Notes: generated from the sequence alone by a model not told the origin. A stretch of DNA of 64,000 nt from Thermoplasmata archaeon (GCA_035507575.1 DATJNY010000019.1:17681-81680), one strand, 5' to 3'; shown: positions 10,352 through 20,365, counted from the stretch's first letter. Program-made: numbers and translations.

Positions 10352-11698
10352 GTGGACGGCGAGGAGATCCAGCGGATCGTCCGGGAGACGAACTACGTCA
10401 CCTGGCGCAAGCAGGCCGGCTGGAACCCGCTCGTCGTCGCGCGCGCCGAGGGTTCCCGGTTCTGGGACAGCGCCGGCAAGGAGTATCTCGACCTCTCCTC
10501 CCAGCTGATCGCGACCAACTTGGGCCACGCGAACCCGGCGGTCGTCCAGGCGATCGCGGACCAGGCGCGTACCCTGCCTTACGCCGTGCCGGGGTTCGCG
10601 ACGGAGCCCCGGGCGCGCCTCTCGCTCGCGCTCCAGGAGATCCTCCCGAAGGGGCTCGACCGGTTCTTCTTCAGCACCTCGGGGACCGAGGCGAACGAGG
10701 CGGCGCTGAAGATCGCCCGGGTCGCGACCGGGCGCACCAAGATCCTGGCGCGGTACCGCTCCTACCACGGGGCGACGGCCGCCTCGATCTCCGTGACGGG
10801 GGAGATGCGCCGCCGTCCGATCGAGCGGGTGCAGCGGGTCCCGGGGACCGTCTTCGCGCCGGACTGCTACTGCTACCGCTGCCCGTTCGGCCTCACGTAC
10901 CCGGACTGCGGGGTCGCGTGCGCCGAGTACGTGGACTACCAGCTCGAGCGGGAGGGCGACGTCGCGGCGATGATCGTCGAACCCGTCGTCGGGACGAACG
11001 GGGTCCTCGTGCCGGTGCCGGAGTACCTGCCCCGCCTCCGCGCGATCACGCGCAAGCACGACGTGCTGCTCCTCGCGGACGAGGTGATGAGCGCGTGGGG
11101 CCGCGTCGGCGAGTGGTTCGCCGTCGACCACTGGAACGTCGTCCCCGACCTCCTCACGACCGCGAAGGGGATCACCGGCGCCCACATCCCGCTCGGGCTG
11201 ACCGCGACGACCGCGAAGCTGCACGACGCGTTCCAGGACACATACTTCCCGCACGGCCACACCTACGAGGCCCATCCCCTGACGCTGGCCCCGGCGGTCG
11301 CGGCGATCGGGGAGTACCGCCGGCTGGGCCTGCTCGAGAAGTCCCGGAAGGACGGAGCGTACTTGCTGCAGCGCCTCCAGGAGCTCCAGGCGCGGCACCG
11401 GTCCGTGGGCGAGGTCCGGGGGCTCGGGCTGTTCGCCGCGGTCGAGCTCGTGAAGAACCGGGCGAAGCGCGTCCCGTTCAACACCGAGGACGACAAGCTC
11501 GCGGGCCGGCCGCTCGTCGTGGATCGGGTGACGGCGGCGATGCTGAAGGAGGGGGTCTACTGCATCGGATGGGTCTCCCACCTGATCATCGCGCCGCCGC
11601 TCATCATCGCGCGCGAGGAGCTCGACCGGGCGCTCGAGGTGCTCGATCGCGCCCTGCTCCTCGCCGACGCCGAGGCGGATCCGGCGCCCGCCGCGTAG
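10352..11698 (+). CDS. Class III aminotransferase (omega-amino acid:pyruvate-type)
   Basis: The in-frame GTG at 10352 lies just after the amidohydrolase stop. Motifs SSQLIATNLGHANP, DEVMSAWGRVG and the PLP-Lys region TTAKGITGA are present. The long 9332.. N-terminal extension is an artefact. Confidence 0.85.
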   Translation: MDGEEIQRIVRETNYVTWRKQAGWNPLVVARAEGSRFWDSAGKEYLDLSSQLIATNLGHANPAVVQAIADQARTLPYAVPGFATEPRARLSLALQEILPKGLDRFFFSTSGTEANEAALKIARVATGRTKILARYRSYHGATAASISVTGEMRRRPIERVQRVPGTVFAPDCYCYRCPFGLTYPDCGVACAEYVDYQLEREGDVAAMIVEPVVGTNGVLVPVPEYLPRLRAITRKHDVLLLADEVMSAWGRVGEWFAVDHWNVVPDLLTTAKGITGAHIPLGLTATTAKLHDAFQDTYFPHGHTYEAHPLTLAPAVAAIGEYRRLGLLEKSRKDGAYLLQRLQELQARHRSVGEVRGLGLFAAVELVKNRAKRVPFNTEDDKLAGRPLVVDRVTAAMLKEGVYCIGWVSHLIIAPPLIIAREELDRALEVLDRALLLADAEADPAPAA

Positions 11699-11705
11699 CC
11701 CGCGC

Positions 11706-13154
11706 TCAGAACCAGCGGGTCGTCACGACCTTCTTGCGGGTGTAGAACTCGATCGCGTCGCGGCCCGTCGCGTGGAGGTCGCCGTAGAAGGAGCCCTTCC
11801 AGCCGACGAACGGGAAGTAGGCCGCCGGAGCGGGGACACCGAGATTGATGCCGACCATCCCGGCCTCGATGCGGTGGGCGAACTCGCGGGCCGCGCGGCC
11901 GTCCCGGGTGAAGATCACCGCCGCATTGCCGTACCGGGACCGGTTCGCCACCTCGAGCGCGGCGTCGAGTGACGCCACCCGGATCACTGCGAGGACGGGA
12001 CCGAAGACCTCCTCCTGGGCGATCGCCATCTCGGGCGCGACCCGGTCGAACAGCACCGGCGCCACGTAGAACCCGTCCCCCGCGCTGGGGGCGGCCCCGC
12101 GGGCGGCGACGGTCGCCCCGCCGGCCTCGCCCTCCTCGATCCAGCGGAGCACGCGCTCGCGATGTTCCGCACGGATCACGGGTCCGACCGCCGTCGCGCG
12201 GTCGCCGGCGGGCCCGACCGCGAGGTGCCGTACCGCTTCCGCGAGCCGCGCGACGAGCGCGTCCCCGACGGGTTCGACCGCCAGCACGACGCTCCCCGCG
12301 AGGCAGCGCTCGCCGGACTGGCCGAACGCGCTCGAAAGGATGGCGGGGACCGACCGCTCGAGGTCGGCGTCCGGCATCACCACCATGTGGTTCTTCGCGC
12401 CCGCGAGCGCCTGGACGCGCTTTCCGTGCGCGGCGGCGGTCGTGTAGACGTGCCGGGCGGTCGGGGCCGAGCCGACGAACGACACCGCGTCGACGCCCGG
12501 ATGGGTGAGCAGCGCGTTGACCGCCGCGGCGTCCCCGTGGACGAGGTTGAACGTCCCCGGCGGGAACCCCGCCTCGTCGAACAGCCGGGCGAGCAGGCCG
12601 GCGGAGAGCGGCACCCGCTCCGACGGCTTCAGGACGAAGGCGTTGCCGCAGACGAGCGCGAGCGGCGCCATCCACAGCGGGATCATGACCGGGAAGTTGA
12701 ACGGGGTGATCCCGGCGACCACTCCGAGAGGCTGCCGCACGAGCGTCGTGTCGACGCCCGGGGAGACCTCCTCCAAGAACGCCCCCTGCATCGTGGTCGG
12801 CGCCGACGCCGCGAACTCGACGGCTTCGAGCCCGCGGCGGACCGAGCCGCGGGCCTCCTCGAGCGTCTTCCCGTTCTCGCGGACGACCGAGCTCACGAGC
12901 GCGTCGAAGTGCGCGTCGATCCCGGCCCGGAGTGCGAGGATCCGGCGCGCCCTCTCGGCGACCGGGACGTCCCGCCATCCGGGGAACGCGCGTCGCGCCG
13001 CGGCGACCGCGCCGTCGACGTCGGTCGGACCCGAGCGGGGGACCCGAGCGAGGAGCCGGCCGGTGGACGGGTCCGGCACATCGAGCGCCGCCTCGGCCGC
13101 AGCGCGGACCCAGCGACCGCCGACGAAGTTCTCGAGCACGTCGTCGCCGGACAT
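11706..13154 (-). CDS. Aldehyde dehydrogenase, methylmalonate-semialdehyde dehydrogenase-like (CoA-acylating ALDH subfamily)
   Basis: ALDH core plus the catalytic Cys (GERCLAG). The C-terminal ...KVVTTRWF ending is characteristic of MmsA-type enzymes. Confidence 0.8.
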   Translation of the reverse strand: MSGDDVLENFVGGRWVRAAAEAALDVPDPSTGRLLARVPRSGPTDVDGAVAAARRAFPGWRDVPVAERARRILALRAGIDAHFDALVSSVVRENGKTLEEARGSVRRGLEAVEFAASAPTTMQGAFLEEVSPGVDTTLVRQPLGVVAGITPFNFPVMIPLWMAPLALVCGNAFVLKPSERVPLSAGLLARLFDEAGFPPGTFNLVHGDAAAVNALLTHPGVDAVSFVGSAPTARHVYTTAAAHGKRVQALAGAKNHMVVMPDADLERSVPAILSSAFGQSGERCLAGSVVLAVEPVGDALVARLAEAVRHLAVGPAGDRATAVGPVIRAEHRERVLRWIEEGEAGGATVAARGAAPSAGDGFYVAPVLFDRVAPEMAIAQEEVFGPVLAVIRVASLDAALEVANRSRYGNAAVIFTRDGRAAREFAHRIEAGMVGINLGVPAPAAYFPFVGWKGSFYGDLHATGRDAIEFYTRKKVVTTRWF

Positions 13155-13188
13155 CCGACGGTCCGGGAGTCGTCCGGGGTCTTGAGGG

Positions 13189-14025
13189 TCACGGACGAGG
13201 CGCGTCGTCCGGGCGGCGACGGGCGGTGTAGATCGGGGTGACCGTCGTCAGCCGGACGGTGCCGCCGAACTCGACGCGAGCGACCCGTTCGATCGCGTCG
13301 AGGAAGCGCGTGCGGGCCCGGAGTGGCATCTTCCCGACCTCGCCGAACGTCCCGTAGAGCCCGCGGACCTCGTGCGCCGTGAGGTCGACCTCCGACCGGA
13401 TCGCTTCGTACGCGATCCGGTCGAAGCGGCCCGTGGCGCGAAGGTGGCGGAGCCGGCGGCGGACCTCCTCCCGCATCTGACGCCGGCTGTCCCGCACCCA
13501 CTGCTCGTACCGGCTCGGGCGGGAACCCCAGATCGCCATCGTCGCGCGCTGGAATTCGGTCGGGCGCTCCGGATCCCCGTGGCGGTTCCACCACATCGCC
13601 CACCAGCCGCCGGGCCGAAGCAGTCGCGCGATCTTCGGGAGCGCCCGGTGCTCGTTGACCCAGTGGAAGGAGGTCGCCGCCACGCCGAGGTCGAAGAGAC
13701 CCTCGGGGAGGACCGCCTCCTCGAACGGCGTGTTCACGATCAGGACCCGGGGTCGCGCCGCGCGGAGCGAGACGTCGAGGTAGCGGGCGAGTCGGGGGTC
13801 GGGTTCGATCGCGCAGAGCGGGTCCGCCCCCGCGCGGAGGAGGATCCGGCTCGCGACGCCGGGGCCCGGGCCGATCTCGAAGACGGCGGCGCCGGGGGCC
13901 AATCCGCACCGGCGCTCCAGGATCTCGCGGACCCGCCGGGGATACGGGAGCCGGTACCGGGCGTAGCCCGCGGGATCGCGGCCGAACGCCCGACGGCCCT
14001 CGCGACGCAGGAGCGACGGTGCCAT
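13189..14025 (-). CDS. Class I SAM-dependent methyltransferase
   Basis: Motif I glycine-rich loop (VFEIGPGPGVASR) and the overall Rossmann methyltransferase pattern are present. I prefer the start at internal Met 14025; the extension to 14124 is also possible. Confidence 0.65.
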   Translation of the reverse strand: MAPSLLRREGRRAFGRDPAGYARYRLPYPRRVREILERRCGLAPGAAVFEIGPGPGVASRILLRAGADPLCAIEPDPRLARYLDVSLRAARPRVLIVNTPFEEAVLPEGLFDLGVAATSFHWVNEHRALPKIARLLRPGGWWAMWWNRHGDPERPTEFQRATMAIWGSRPSRYEQWVRDSRRQMREEVRRRLRHLRATGRFDRIAYEAIRSEVDLTAHEVRGLYGTFGEVGKMPLRARTRFLDAIERVARVEFGGTVRLTTVTPIYTARRRPDDAPRP

Positions 14026-14148
14026 GCTCGAACGCCCCACAGCCCGGGCCGAGGAGATGAGCTGTCCCCTCGCGGGCCCCCGCCCGGGAGGGTTTTTGTA
14101 AGGGCAGGGGCTCCGAAGCTCCACGGTCCGACCGCCGGTCGGGCTGAC

Positions 14149-15531
14149 CTGGGAGATGGGACACTGGACCCCCGCTTTGCAACCGCGTTCGCGGAGTACC
14201 AGCGGCGCACGCCGCGCTCGAAGGAGCTGTGGGAGCGCGCCCGGCAGTCGAGCCCCCTAGGGGTCCACTCGAACTATCGATTCCTCGATCCGTACCCGTT
14301 CTACGTCCACCGCGCCTCGGGCGTCCACCTGTGGGACGCCGACGAGAACGAGTACCTGGACTTCAACATGGGATTCGGCTCGTTGCAGAGCGGCCACGCG
14401 CACCCGAAGCTGGTCGAGGCGCTCACCCGTCAGCTCCACGACGGGAGCGTGTACGGGTACGAGTGGGAGCGGACCCCCGAGGTCGCCGAGCGGATCTGCC
14501 GCCGGTACCGGATGGAGAAGGTCCGGTTCAGCACCACCGGCCTCGAGGCGACCCAGCACGCGGTCCGGTTCGCCCGGGCGTACACGAAGAAGCGCCACGT
14601 CCTCAAGTTCGAGGGCTGCTACCACGGCTCGCACGACACCCTCCTCGTCGGGGTGAAGCCCCGGGCGGAGGTCGCCGGACCCCCGCGTCACCCGAACTCC
14701 GCCCCGGCGTCGCCGGGGATCCTTCCCGAGGTCGCCGCCCACACGCTCGTCGCGCCGTTCAACGACCTCGAGGCGACGCGGGCGATCGCCCGGGAGCACG
14801 CGGACGACCTCGCGGCAATCATCGCGGAGCCGATCCCGATGAACATGGGGTTCATCCTGCCGGACGACGGCTTCTTTCCCGGGGTGCGCGAACTGTGCGA
14901 CGAGCTCGGGTCGCTCCTGATCCTGGACGAGATCAAGACCGGCGCGAAGTACCTGCACGGGGGCGCGGCCCGTCTCGGGGTCCGCGCGGACCTGATCACC
15001 CTCGGCAAGTCGATCGCCTGCGGCGTCCCGATGTCCGCGATCGCGGCCGGGCCGGGGATCCTGGATGAGGTCGGTCCCCGGAAGGTCGCCCACGCGGGGA
15101 CGTACAACTCGAACCCGCTCGGCATGGCCGCGTGCCTCGCCTCGCTCGACCACATCTTGACCGAGGAGGCGCTCGAGCGGTCCGCCGCACTCAACGCCCA
15201 GCTCTCGAAGGGATACGCCGAGGTGTTCGACGACGCGGGGGTGACGGCGCACGTCTCCTCGGACGGGGTCTCGGGCACCGTGTACTTCACGGACCACCCC
15301 GTCCGCAACTGGCGGGATTTCCTGACCGTCGACGGCGACCGGTCGATGCAGTACTACTACGAATCTCTGAACCGGGGGCTGATCCCCTCCGGCACCGGTC
15401 CTGATGAGCAGTGGACGATCTCGGTCCAGCACACGGCGCGGGACGTGGAGCGTCACCTCGAGATCCTGGGGGCCGTGGCGGAGCACCTCGTGGGGGCCCC
15501 CCAGGCCGGCGAGATCGAGGAGTCGGTCTGA
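14149..15531 (+). CDS. Class III aminotransferase, glutamate-1-semialdehyde aminomutase-like
   Basis: GSA-AT-like N-terminus (SKELWERARQSSPLGVHSNYR...), PLP region (DEIKTG, ITLGKSIACG). The 5' end is unresolved: no in-frame ATG/GTG/TTG exists between the divergent upstream gene and the conserved N-terminus, and CTG 14149 is the first candidate. Confidence 0.6.
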   Translation: MGDGTLDPRFATAFAEYQRRTPRSKELWERARQSSPLGVHSNYRFLDPYPFYVHRASGVHLWDADENEYLDFNMGFGSLQSGHAHPKLVEALTRQLHDGSVYGYEWERTPEVAERICRRYRMEKVRFSTTGLEATQHAVRFARAYTKKRHVLKFEGCYHGSHDTLLVGVKPRAEVAGPPRHPNSAPASPGILPEVAAHTLVAPFNDLEATRAIAREHADDLAAIIAEPIPMNMGFILPDDGFFPGVRELCDELGSLLILDEIKTGAKYLHGGAARLGVRADLITLGKSIACGVPMSAIAAGPGILDEVGPRKVAHAGTYNSNPLGMAACLASLDHILTEEALERSAALNAQLSKGYAEVFDDAGVTAHVSSDGVSGTVYFTDHPVRNWRDFLTVDGDRSMQYYYESLNRGLIPSGTGPDEQWTISVQHTARDVERHLEILGAVAEHLVGAPQAGEIEESV

Positions 15532-15572
15532 ACCGGTTCGCCCGTCGTCCCGGCCGCGGCCGGCGCGGGCGA

Positions 15573-15890
15573 TCAGGCCGCCGAGCCTTCGGGCGGCGCG
15601 AAGACGACGAGCAGCACGAGTTCCTCCGTGATCGAATGGAACCGATGCGCCTCGCGCGCCGGCACGAACAGCACGTCCCCGGGGTTCGCCGGCGACTCCT
15701 CGTTCCCGTGCCGCAGCGTCCCGTGCCCCCGGACGACGTAGTAGATCTCGTCCTCGGTGTGCGGCGATTGCCGGTCGACCCCCCCGGCCGGGAGGACGTA
15801 CACCCCGACGCTGAGGGTCGCGACGCGCAGGAACTCCGCGTAGCCGTCGCCGCGCTTCGCCTTCCCGGCTTCCACCTCGATCGCGCTCAT
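15573..15890 (-). CDS. Cupin domain protein
   Basis: 105 aa. Cupin motifs G(X)5HXH-like (PHTEDEIYYVVRGHGTL) and the second motif (GDVLFVPAREAHRF) are present. Confidence 0.7.
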   Translation of the reverse strand: MSAIEVEAGKAKRGDGYAEFLRVATLSVGVYVLPAGGVDRQSPHTEDEIYYVVRGHGTLRHGNEESPANPGDVLFVPAREAHRFHSITEELVLLVVFAPPEGSAA

Positions 15891-15944
15891 CGAACGCCCG
15901 TCCCGCGCGAGCCGGCTGAGGGTGATAGCCGCGTCGGGCCGTGC

Positions 15945-17315
15945 TCACGCCCCGCGCCCGGCCCGGCGCGCGCGGAACTCGTCGGCGGCCCGAGTCCCGG
16001 TGTCGATCGCCCCGGCGACGGTGCCGGATTGTCCGTCGAGGTCCGTCGCCTCGCCTCCAAAGAAGAGCCGTCCCGCGACGCTCGCGGCGAGATCGCGCCG
16101 GGCCGCGAGGCCCACCCCCGGGGGAAGGTAGGAGTAACCGCCCCGCACCCAGGGATCGTCCGGCCAGCGATGCACGGCCATCCCGTCGACCTCCCCGACG
16201 CGGACGCCCGAGGGCAGCATCGCCTCCCACTCGACGAGGGTCGCGTCGACCAGCTCCCGGTCGGTGAGGCCAGCACGCCGTCGCGCTTCGGGGCCCACCG
16301 TGAACGCGGTCAGCACCTCGACGCGCTCTCGCAGCCCGACCCGGGGGCGATAGAGCGACGACGGCGTGCCGCCGTACAGGAGGGAGAAGTCGCCCCAGTG
16401 CTCGGTGAGCGAGCTCCCGCGGACGCGGAGCTGGAGGGCGTAGGCGTCGCCGAAAGCGATCCGCTCGATCGCGCGGCGTTTCGCATCGGGGAGCGGCGGA
16501 TCGAACCGGATCGCCCCGGCCTTGAGCACACCGAGCGAGACCGTGACGATCGCCGCCGAGGACCGTACCTCGAAGGAGTCCCCGTTCGGACGGCGGCCCC
16601 GGACGAGCACTCCGTCGGGCTCGAGGAGGACGTCGGTGACCGCGTGCCCGAGACGAACGCGAGGCCCCAGGCGACTGGCGACGCGCTCGACGAGGGTGCT
16701 GTACCCCTCGACCAACTGGAAGTTCCGGAACCCGTACGGTTCGCGCGCCGCACGATACTCCTCCGCCGGACCGAGCAGCCCGATCACGGACGGCTCGGCG
16801 GCAGCAACGTGGGCGTAGAGCAACTCAACGATCCGGCGGGCCGCGGGCCGCCGGGGCCGCTCGTCCAGGAACTGCGCCAGCGAACGATCGGGAGCGGTCG
16901 CCGCGTCGATCTCGCGAGGAACCTCCACGAGTCCCTCGTAGAACGCCCGGGAGCCAACGAGGGGATGGAACGGCAGCGCGATCCACGGGAACCGACCGAC
17001 CCGCCGATCGAGCACGATGCGGCTGCGCTGCTGCACCGGCAAGCGCCGACGGTGGAGCTGTTCCCGTGCGACCCAGCGATGGGTCACAGCGGTGCGGCCG
17101 TGGATCATCTGGGCGCCGAGCTCGAGCGGTACCCCTTCGACGAGCCGGTAGTCGGTGTACGTCCGGCCGCCGAGCCGATCGCTCGCCTCGAGCACCACAC
17201 ACGTGTGGCCGGCCTCGATGAGCCGCAGCGCGGCGGAGAGGCCGGCGAAGCCCCCGCCGATCACGACGGCGTCGCTCCGTCCGTCCGTCGCGCCACCCCC
17301 TCCGCCGGGAGTCAA
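15945..17315 (-). CDS. Flavin-containing amine oxidase (polyamine/monoamine oxidase family)
   Basis: N-terminal FAD dinucleotide-binding motif (AVVIGGGFAGLSAALRL...E....GGR) and the C-terminal FAD region (FFGGEAT). Confidence 0.8.
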   Translation of the reverse strand: MTPGGGGGATDGRSDAVVIGGGFAGLSAALRLIEAGHTCVVLEASDRLGGRTYTDYRLVEGVPLELGAQMIHGRTAVTHRWVAREQLHRRRLPVQQRSRIVLDRRVGRFPWIALPFHPLVGSRAFYEGLVEVPREIDAATAPDRSLAQFLDERPRRPAARRIVELLYAHVAAAEPSVIGLLGPAEEYRAAREPYGFRNFQLVEGYSTLVERVASRLGPRVRLGHAVTDVLLEPDGVLVRGRRPNGDSFEVRSSAAIVTVSLGVLKAGAIRFDPPLPDAKRRAIERIAFGDAYALQLRVRGSSLTEHWGDFSLLYGGTPSSLYRPRVGLRERVEVLTAFTVGPEARRRAGLTDRELVDATLVEWEAMLPSGVRVGEVDGMAVHRWPDDPWVRGGYSYLPPGVGLAARRDLAASVAGRLFFGGEATDLDGQSGTVAGAIDTGTRAADEFRARRAGRGA

Positions 17316-17562
17316 GAGCTCGCGTCCCGTGCCGGGGGCGCGGCGATCGGCCGACGGCGTGGCGCCGGGGCGCGAGAACGTTTCGTGTACGACGCACGCC
17401 AGGCGGTCGGCTGCGTTCGGGGGGACACGCGGCTCGGGAGGGAGAGGGGCGGCTTAATCGCGAGCCCTCGCCGTCGGCCCGCGAGGAGCCGATGGGCGAG
17501 GACGCGGTCCGCCCTCGGCGGCAAACAACGCCTTTAACGCTCGCCCCCCCTCCCGGCGCTCG

Positions 17563-18762
17563 ATGCCGGCGCCCGCGCAGGCCGCGCGACGGGAGACCTC
17601 CTCGACGGGGCCGTCCGGGGCGAAGCCGGGGCCGGGCCGAACCCCGGACGGATCGGTCTACTGGGATCCCGCGGTGTGGACGACCGAGCTCGACCGGCTG
17701 TTCTACCGGCGATGGCTCTGCGTCGGCCGCGCGGAGCAGATCCCGGAAACCGGAGATTTCCTCACGCGCACGGTCGGCCGCGAACACCTGCTGTTCGTCC
17801 GCGCGCCGGCCGGGGACGTGCGGGGCTTCTACAACCTCTGCCGCCACCGCGGCACGCGCATCGTCCTCGCTCCCGAAGGGAAGGGAGCCCACTCGTTCAT
17901 CTGTCCGTACCACGCCTGGTCGTACGATCTCACCGGCCACCTCGTCGGCGCCCGGCACATGGACGGCGAGGAAGGGTTCGACCGCGCCCAGTTCGCCCTC
18001 CACCCGATCCGCGTCGCCACCTGGGGCGGGTTCCTCTGGGCGAACCTCGAGCCCGACGCGCCGCCCCTGGCGGGCGCGCTCGGCCCGTTCTTCGACCGGT
18101 TCGCCCGCTTTTCGCTGGCCGATCTGCGCCGCGGGGGCCACCGAGAGTACGAGGTCGAGGCGAACTGGAAGATCGTCGTCGAGAACTTCTCCGAGTGCTA
18201 CCACTGCGCGCCGGTGCATCCCAGCCTGAACCGGCTGACGCCGTACCTCTCGGGAGGGAACGATGCGACGTTCCGCCGGGCGGACGGCCCTCCCTCGCCG
18301 TGCGCCGGCGGCTTCATGGAGTTCGCCCGGGACTTCCAATCGATGACGCGGACCGGCTACACGCAGCGGCCGCGGCTGCCCGGCACCACGGACGAGGACG
18401 CCCGCCGGGTCTACTACTACGTGGTCTTCCCGAACCTGTTCTTCAGCCTGCACCCGGACTACCTCATGATCCACCGGGTCTGGCCGGTCTCGCCGACGCA
18501 CTCGCGCATCGAGAACGAGTTCTACTTCGCCCCCGAGGCGATGGCGGCGCCGGCGTTCGACCCGTCCGACGCGATCGATCTCTGGGACGAGATCAATCGC
18601 CAGGACTGGACCGTCTGCGAACTGGCGCAGGAAGGGATGGGCTCGCGCGCGTGGACGGGCGGGGTCTACAGCGACCGGGAGTCGCTCGTCCGCGACTTCG
18701 ATGAGTTCCTCGCGGACGAACTCCAGCGCGCCGACCCGGACCGTACGGCCGGGCCCGGCTGA
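17563..18762 (+). CDS. Rieske non-heme iron oxygenase, alpha subunit (GbcA/CntA/stachydrine-demethylase-like)
   Basis: Rieske [2Fe-2S] motif CRHRG...CPYHAW. The catalytic domain has mononuclear-iron His/Asp candidates (ECYHCAPVHPS). No beta subunit is adjacent. Confidence 0.8.
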   Translation: MPAPAQAARRETSSTGPSGAKPGPGRTPDGSVYWDPAVWTTELDRLFYRRWLCVGRAEQIPETGDFLTRTVGREHLLFVRAPAGDVRGFYNLCRHRGTRIVLAPEGKGAHSFICPYHAWSYDLTGHLVGARHMDGEEGFDRAQFALHPIRVATWGGFLWANLEPDAPPLAGALGPFFDRFARFSLADLRRGGHREYEVEANWKIVVENFSECYHCAPVHPSLNRLTPYLSGGNDATFRRADGPPSPCAGGFMEFARDFQSMTRTGYTQRPRLPGTTDEDARRVYYYVVFPNLFFSLHPDYLMIHRVWPVSPTHSRIENEFYFAPEAMAAPAFDPSDAIDLWDEINRQDWTVCELAQEGMGSRAWTGGVYSDRESLVRDFDEFLADELQRADPDRTAGPG

Positions 18763-18787
18763 CCGCGCGGACCGTTCGGACGCGCGG

Positions 18788-20365
18788 TCACCGGGGGAGC
18801 GAGCGAAGGTCCTCGCGGATCACTTCGGCCGCGTTGTGGCCCGGTGCGCCGGTGACGCCGCCGCCGGGATGCGCCGCGGATCCGCAGAGGTACATCCCTC
18901 GGATCGGGGTGCGGTACCCTGACCAGCCGAGGATCGGACGGAACGAGAAGATCTGGTCGGGCGCGAGGTTCCCCTGGAAGATGTTCCCGCCGGTCATGCC
19001 GAGCGTGCGCTCGATGTCGAGCGGCGAGACGATCTGCCACTCCTTCACGACCTTGCGGACGTTGGGGGCGTACTCCGCGTACGTGTCGAGGATCCGCTCG
19101 GCCGCTTCCGGCTTGAACTCGTCCCACGTGGTGTCCCGGAGCGCGTAGGGCGCGTACTGGACGAAGCACGTCATGACATGCTTGCCGGCCGGGGCCATCG
19201 ACGGGTCGACGACGCTCTGGATCTCGCAGTCCAGGAACGGGCGCTGCGAGAAGGCGCCGTACTTCGCGTCGTCGAACGCCCGCTCCAGGTACTCCATCGA
19301 CGGGCAGATCTCGATCGCTCCCGCGTGATGGGGGCCGGGGGTCTTCGGCGCCGCAGTGAACTTCGGCAGCCCGTCGAGCCGCGCGTGGAACTTGAGCGCC
19401 GCACCGCGGCTCCGGATGCGTCCGACCGCGCGCACGACCTCCGGAGGGACGGCATCCCGCGGAAGGAGCTCGAGGTACGTGTGCTGCGCGTCGAGGTTCG
19501 AGGCGACCGCCCGGGCCTCGATGAACTCCCCGTTCTCGAGCGTCACGCCCGTCGCCGCGCCGTCGCGGACGTTGACGGCGCGGACGGGGGCGCTGGTGCG
19601 GATCGTCGCGCCGAAGTGGGTGGCCGCCTTCGCCATCGCCTCCGTGAGGCGGCCCATCCCTCCCTTCGAGAACCCCCAGACCCGGCGGAGGCCGTTCAGC
19701 GTGCCGAGGCTGTGGTGGGCGAGCACGTAGGCGGTACCGGGCGTTCGAGGGCCGACCATCTCTCCGATCACGGCGTTCGTGGCGAGCGCGACCTTCAGCT
19801 CGTCCGATTCGAACCACTGGTCGAGGAAGTCCTGGGCGGAGAGGAGGAAGAGGCTCCGGACGAGTTCCTCGACCTCGGGGCCCGGGAACGCCGCGACGAG
19901 GTCGGCGAGCGGGACGGGCGGCGCCAGGAGGAGCGGCTCGACCAGATCGAGGACCCCATCCCAGAACGCCTCGTACTTCGGGTAGGCGCGGGCATCCTTC
20001 TTCGAGAACTTCGCGATCTCGGCCTGGCTCTTCTCGACGTCGTTCCAGAGCGAGAGGCTTCGACCGTCGGGGAACGGGCAGAACGCCTGCGGGTCGTACA
20101 GGATCGGCTCGTAGCCGAACCGGGCCAGCTCGAGCTCCTCCGCGATCTGGGGCCGCAGGAGGCCCGCGACATAGGAGAACGTGTTGACCCGGAAGCCGGG
20201 CCACGGCTCCTCGGTGATCACGGCGCCCCCCACGAACGGGCGCCGCTCCAGGACGACGACCTTCGCCCCCGCCTTCGCGAGATAGCCCGCGGCGACGAGC
20301 CCGTTGTGGCCCCCGCCCACGATCGCGACGTCGAAATCGGCCAACTTCGGCCCCGACCGCGCCAC
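18788..20365 (-). CDS. FAD/NAD(P)-binding oxidoreductase of the phytoene-desaturase (CrtI)-related family
   Basis: N-terminal Rossmann motif (DVAIVGGGHNGLVAAGYLAKAG...E) and a CrtI-like C-terminal region. Confidence 0.75.
   Translation of the reverse strand: MARSGPKLADFDVAIVGGGHNGLVAAGYLAKAGAKVVVLERRPFVGGAVITEEPWPGFRVNTFSYVAGLLRPQIAEELELARFGYEPILYDPQAFCPFPDGRSLSLWNDVEKSQAEIAKFSKKDARAYPKYEAFWDGVLDLVEPLLLAPPVPLADLVAAFPGPEVEELVRSLFLLSAQDFLDQWFESDELKVALATNAVIGEMVGPRTPGTAYVLAHHSLGTLNGLRRVWGFSKGGMGRLTEAMAKAATHFGATIRTSAPVRAVNVRDGAATGVTLENGEFIEARAVASNLDAQHTYLELLPRDAVPPEVVRAVGRIRSRGAALKFHARLDGLPKFTAAPKTPGPHHAGAIEICPSMEYLERAFDDAKYGAFSQRPFLDCEIQSVVDPSMAPAGKHVMTCFVQYAPYALRDTTWDEFKPEAAERILDTYAEYAPNVRKVVKEWQIVSPLDIERTLGMTGGNIFQGNLAPDQIFSFRPILGWSGYRTPIRGMYLCGSAAHPGGGVTGAPGHNAAEVIREDLRSLPR

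Noticed and set aside
13372-14148. Upstream 260 codons of the 13372..15531 ORF
   Set aside because: This stretch is antisense to the methyltransferase gene, Arg/Pro-rich, and shows no similarity to aminotransferase N-termini.
15411-18501. The 708-aa and 558-aa ORFs (15411..17537+, 16825..18501-) overlapping the amine oxidase and Rieske genes
   Set aside because: Low-complexity GC artefacts on the opposite strand of motif-bearing genes.
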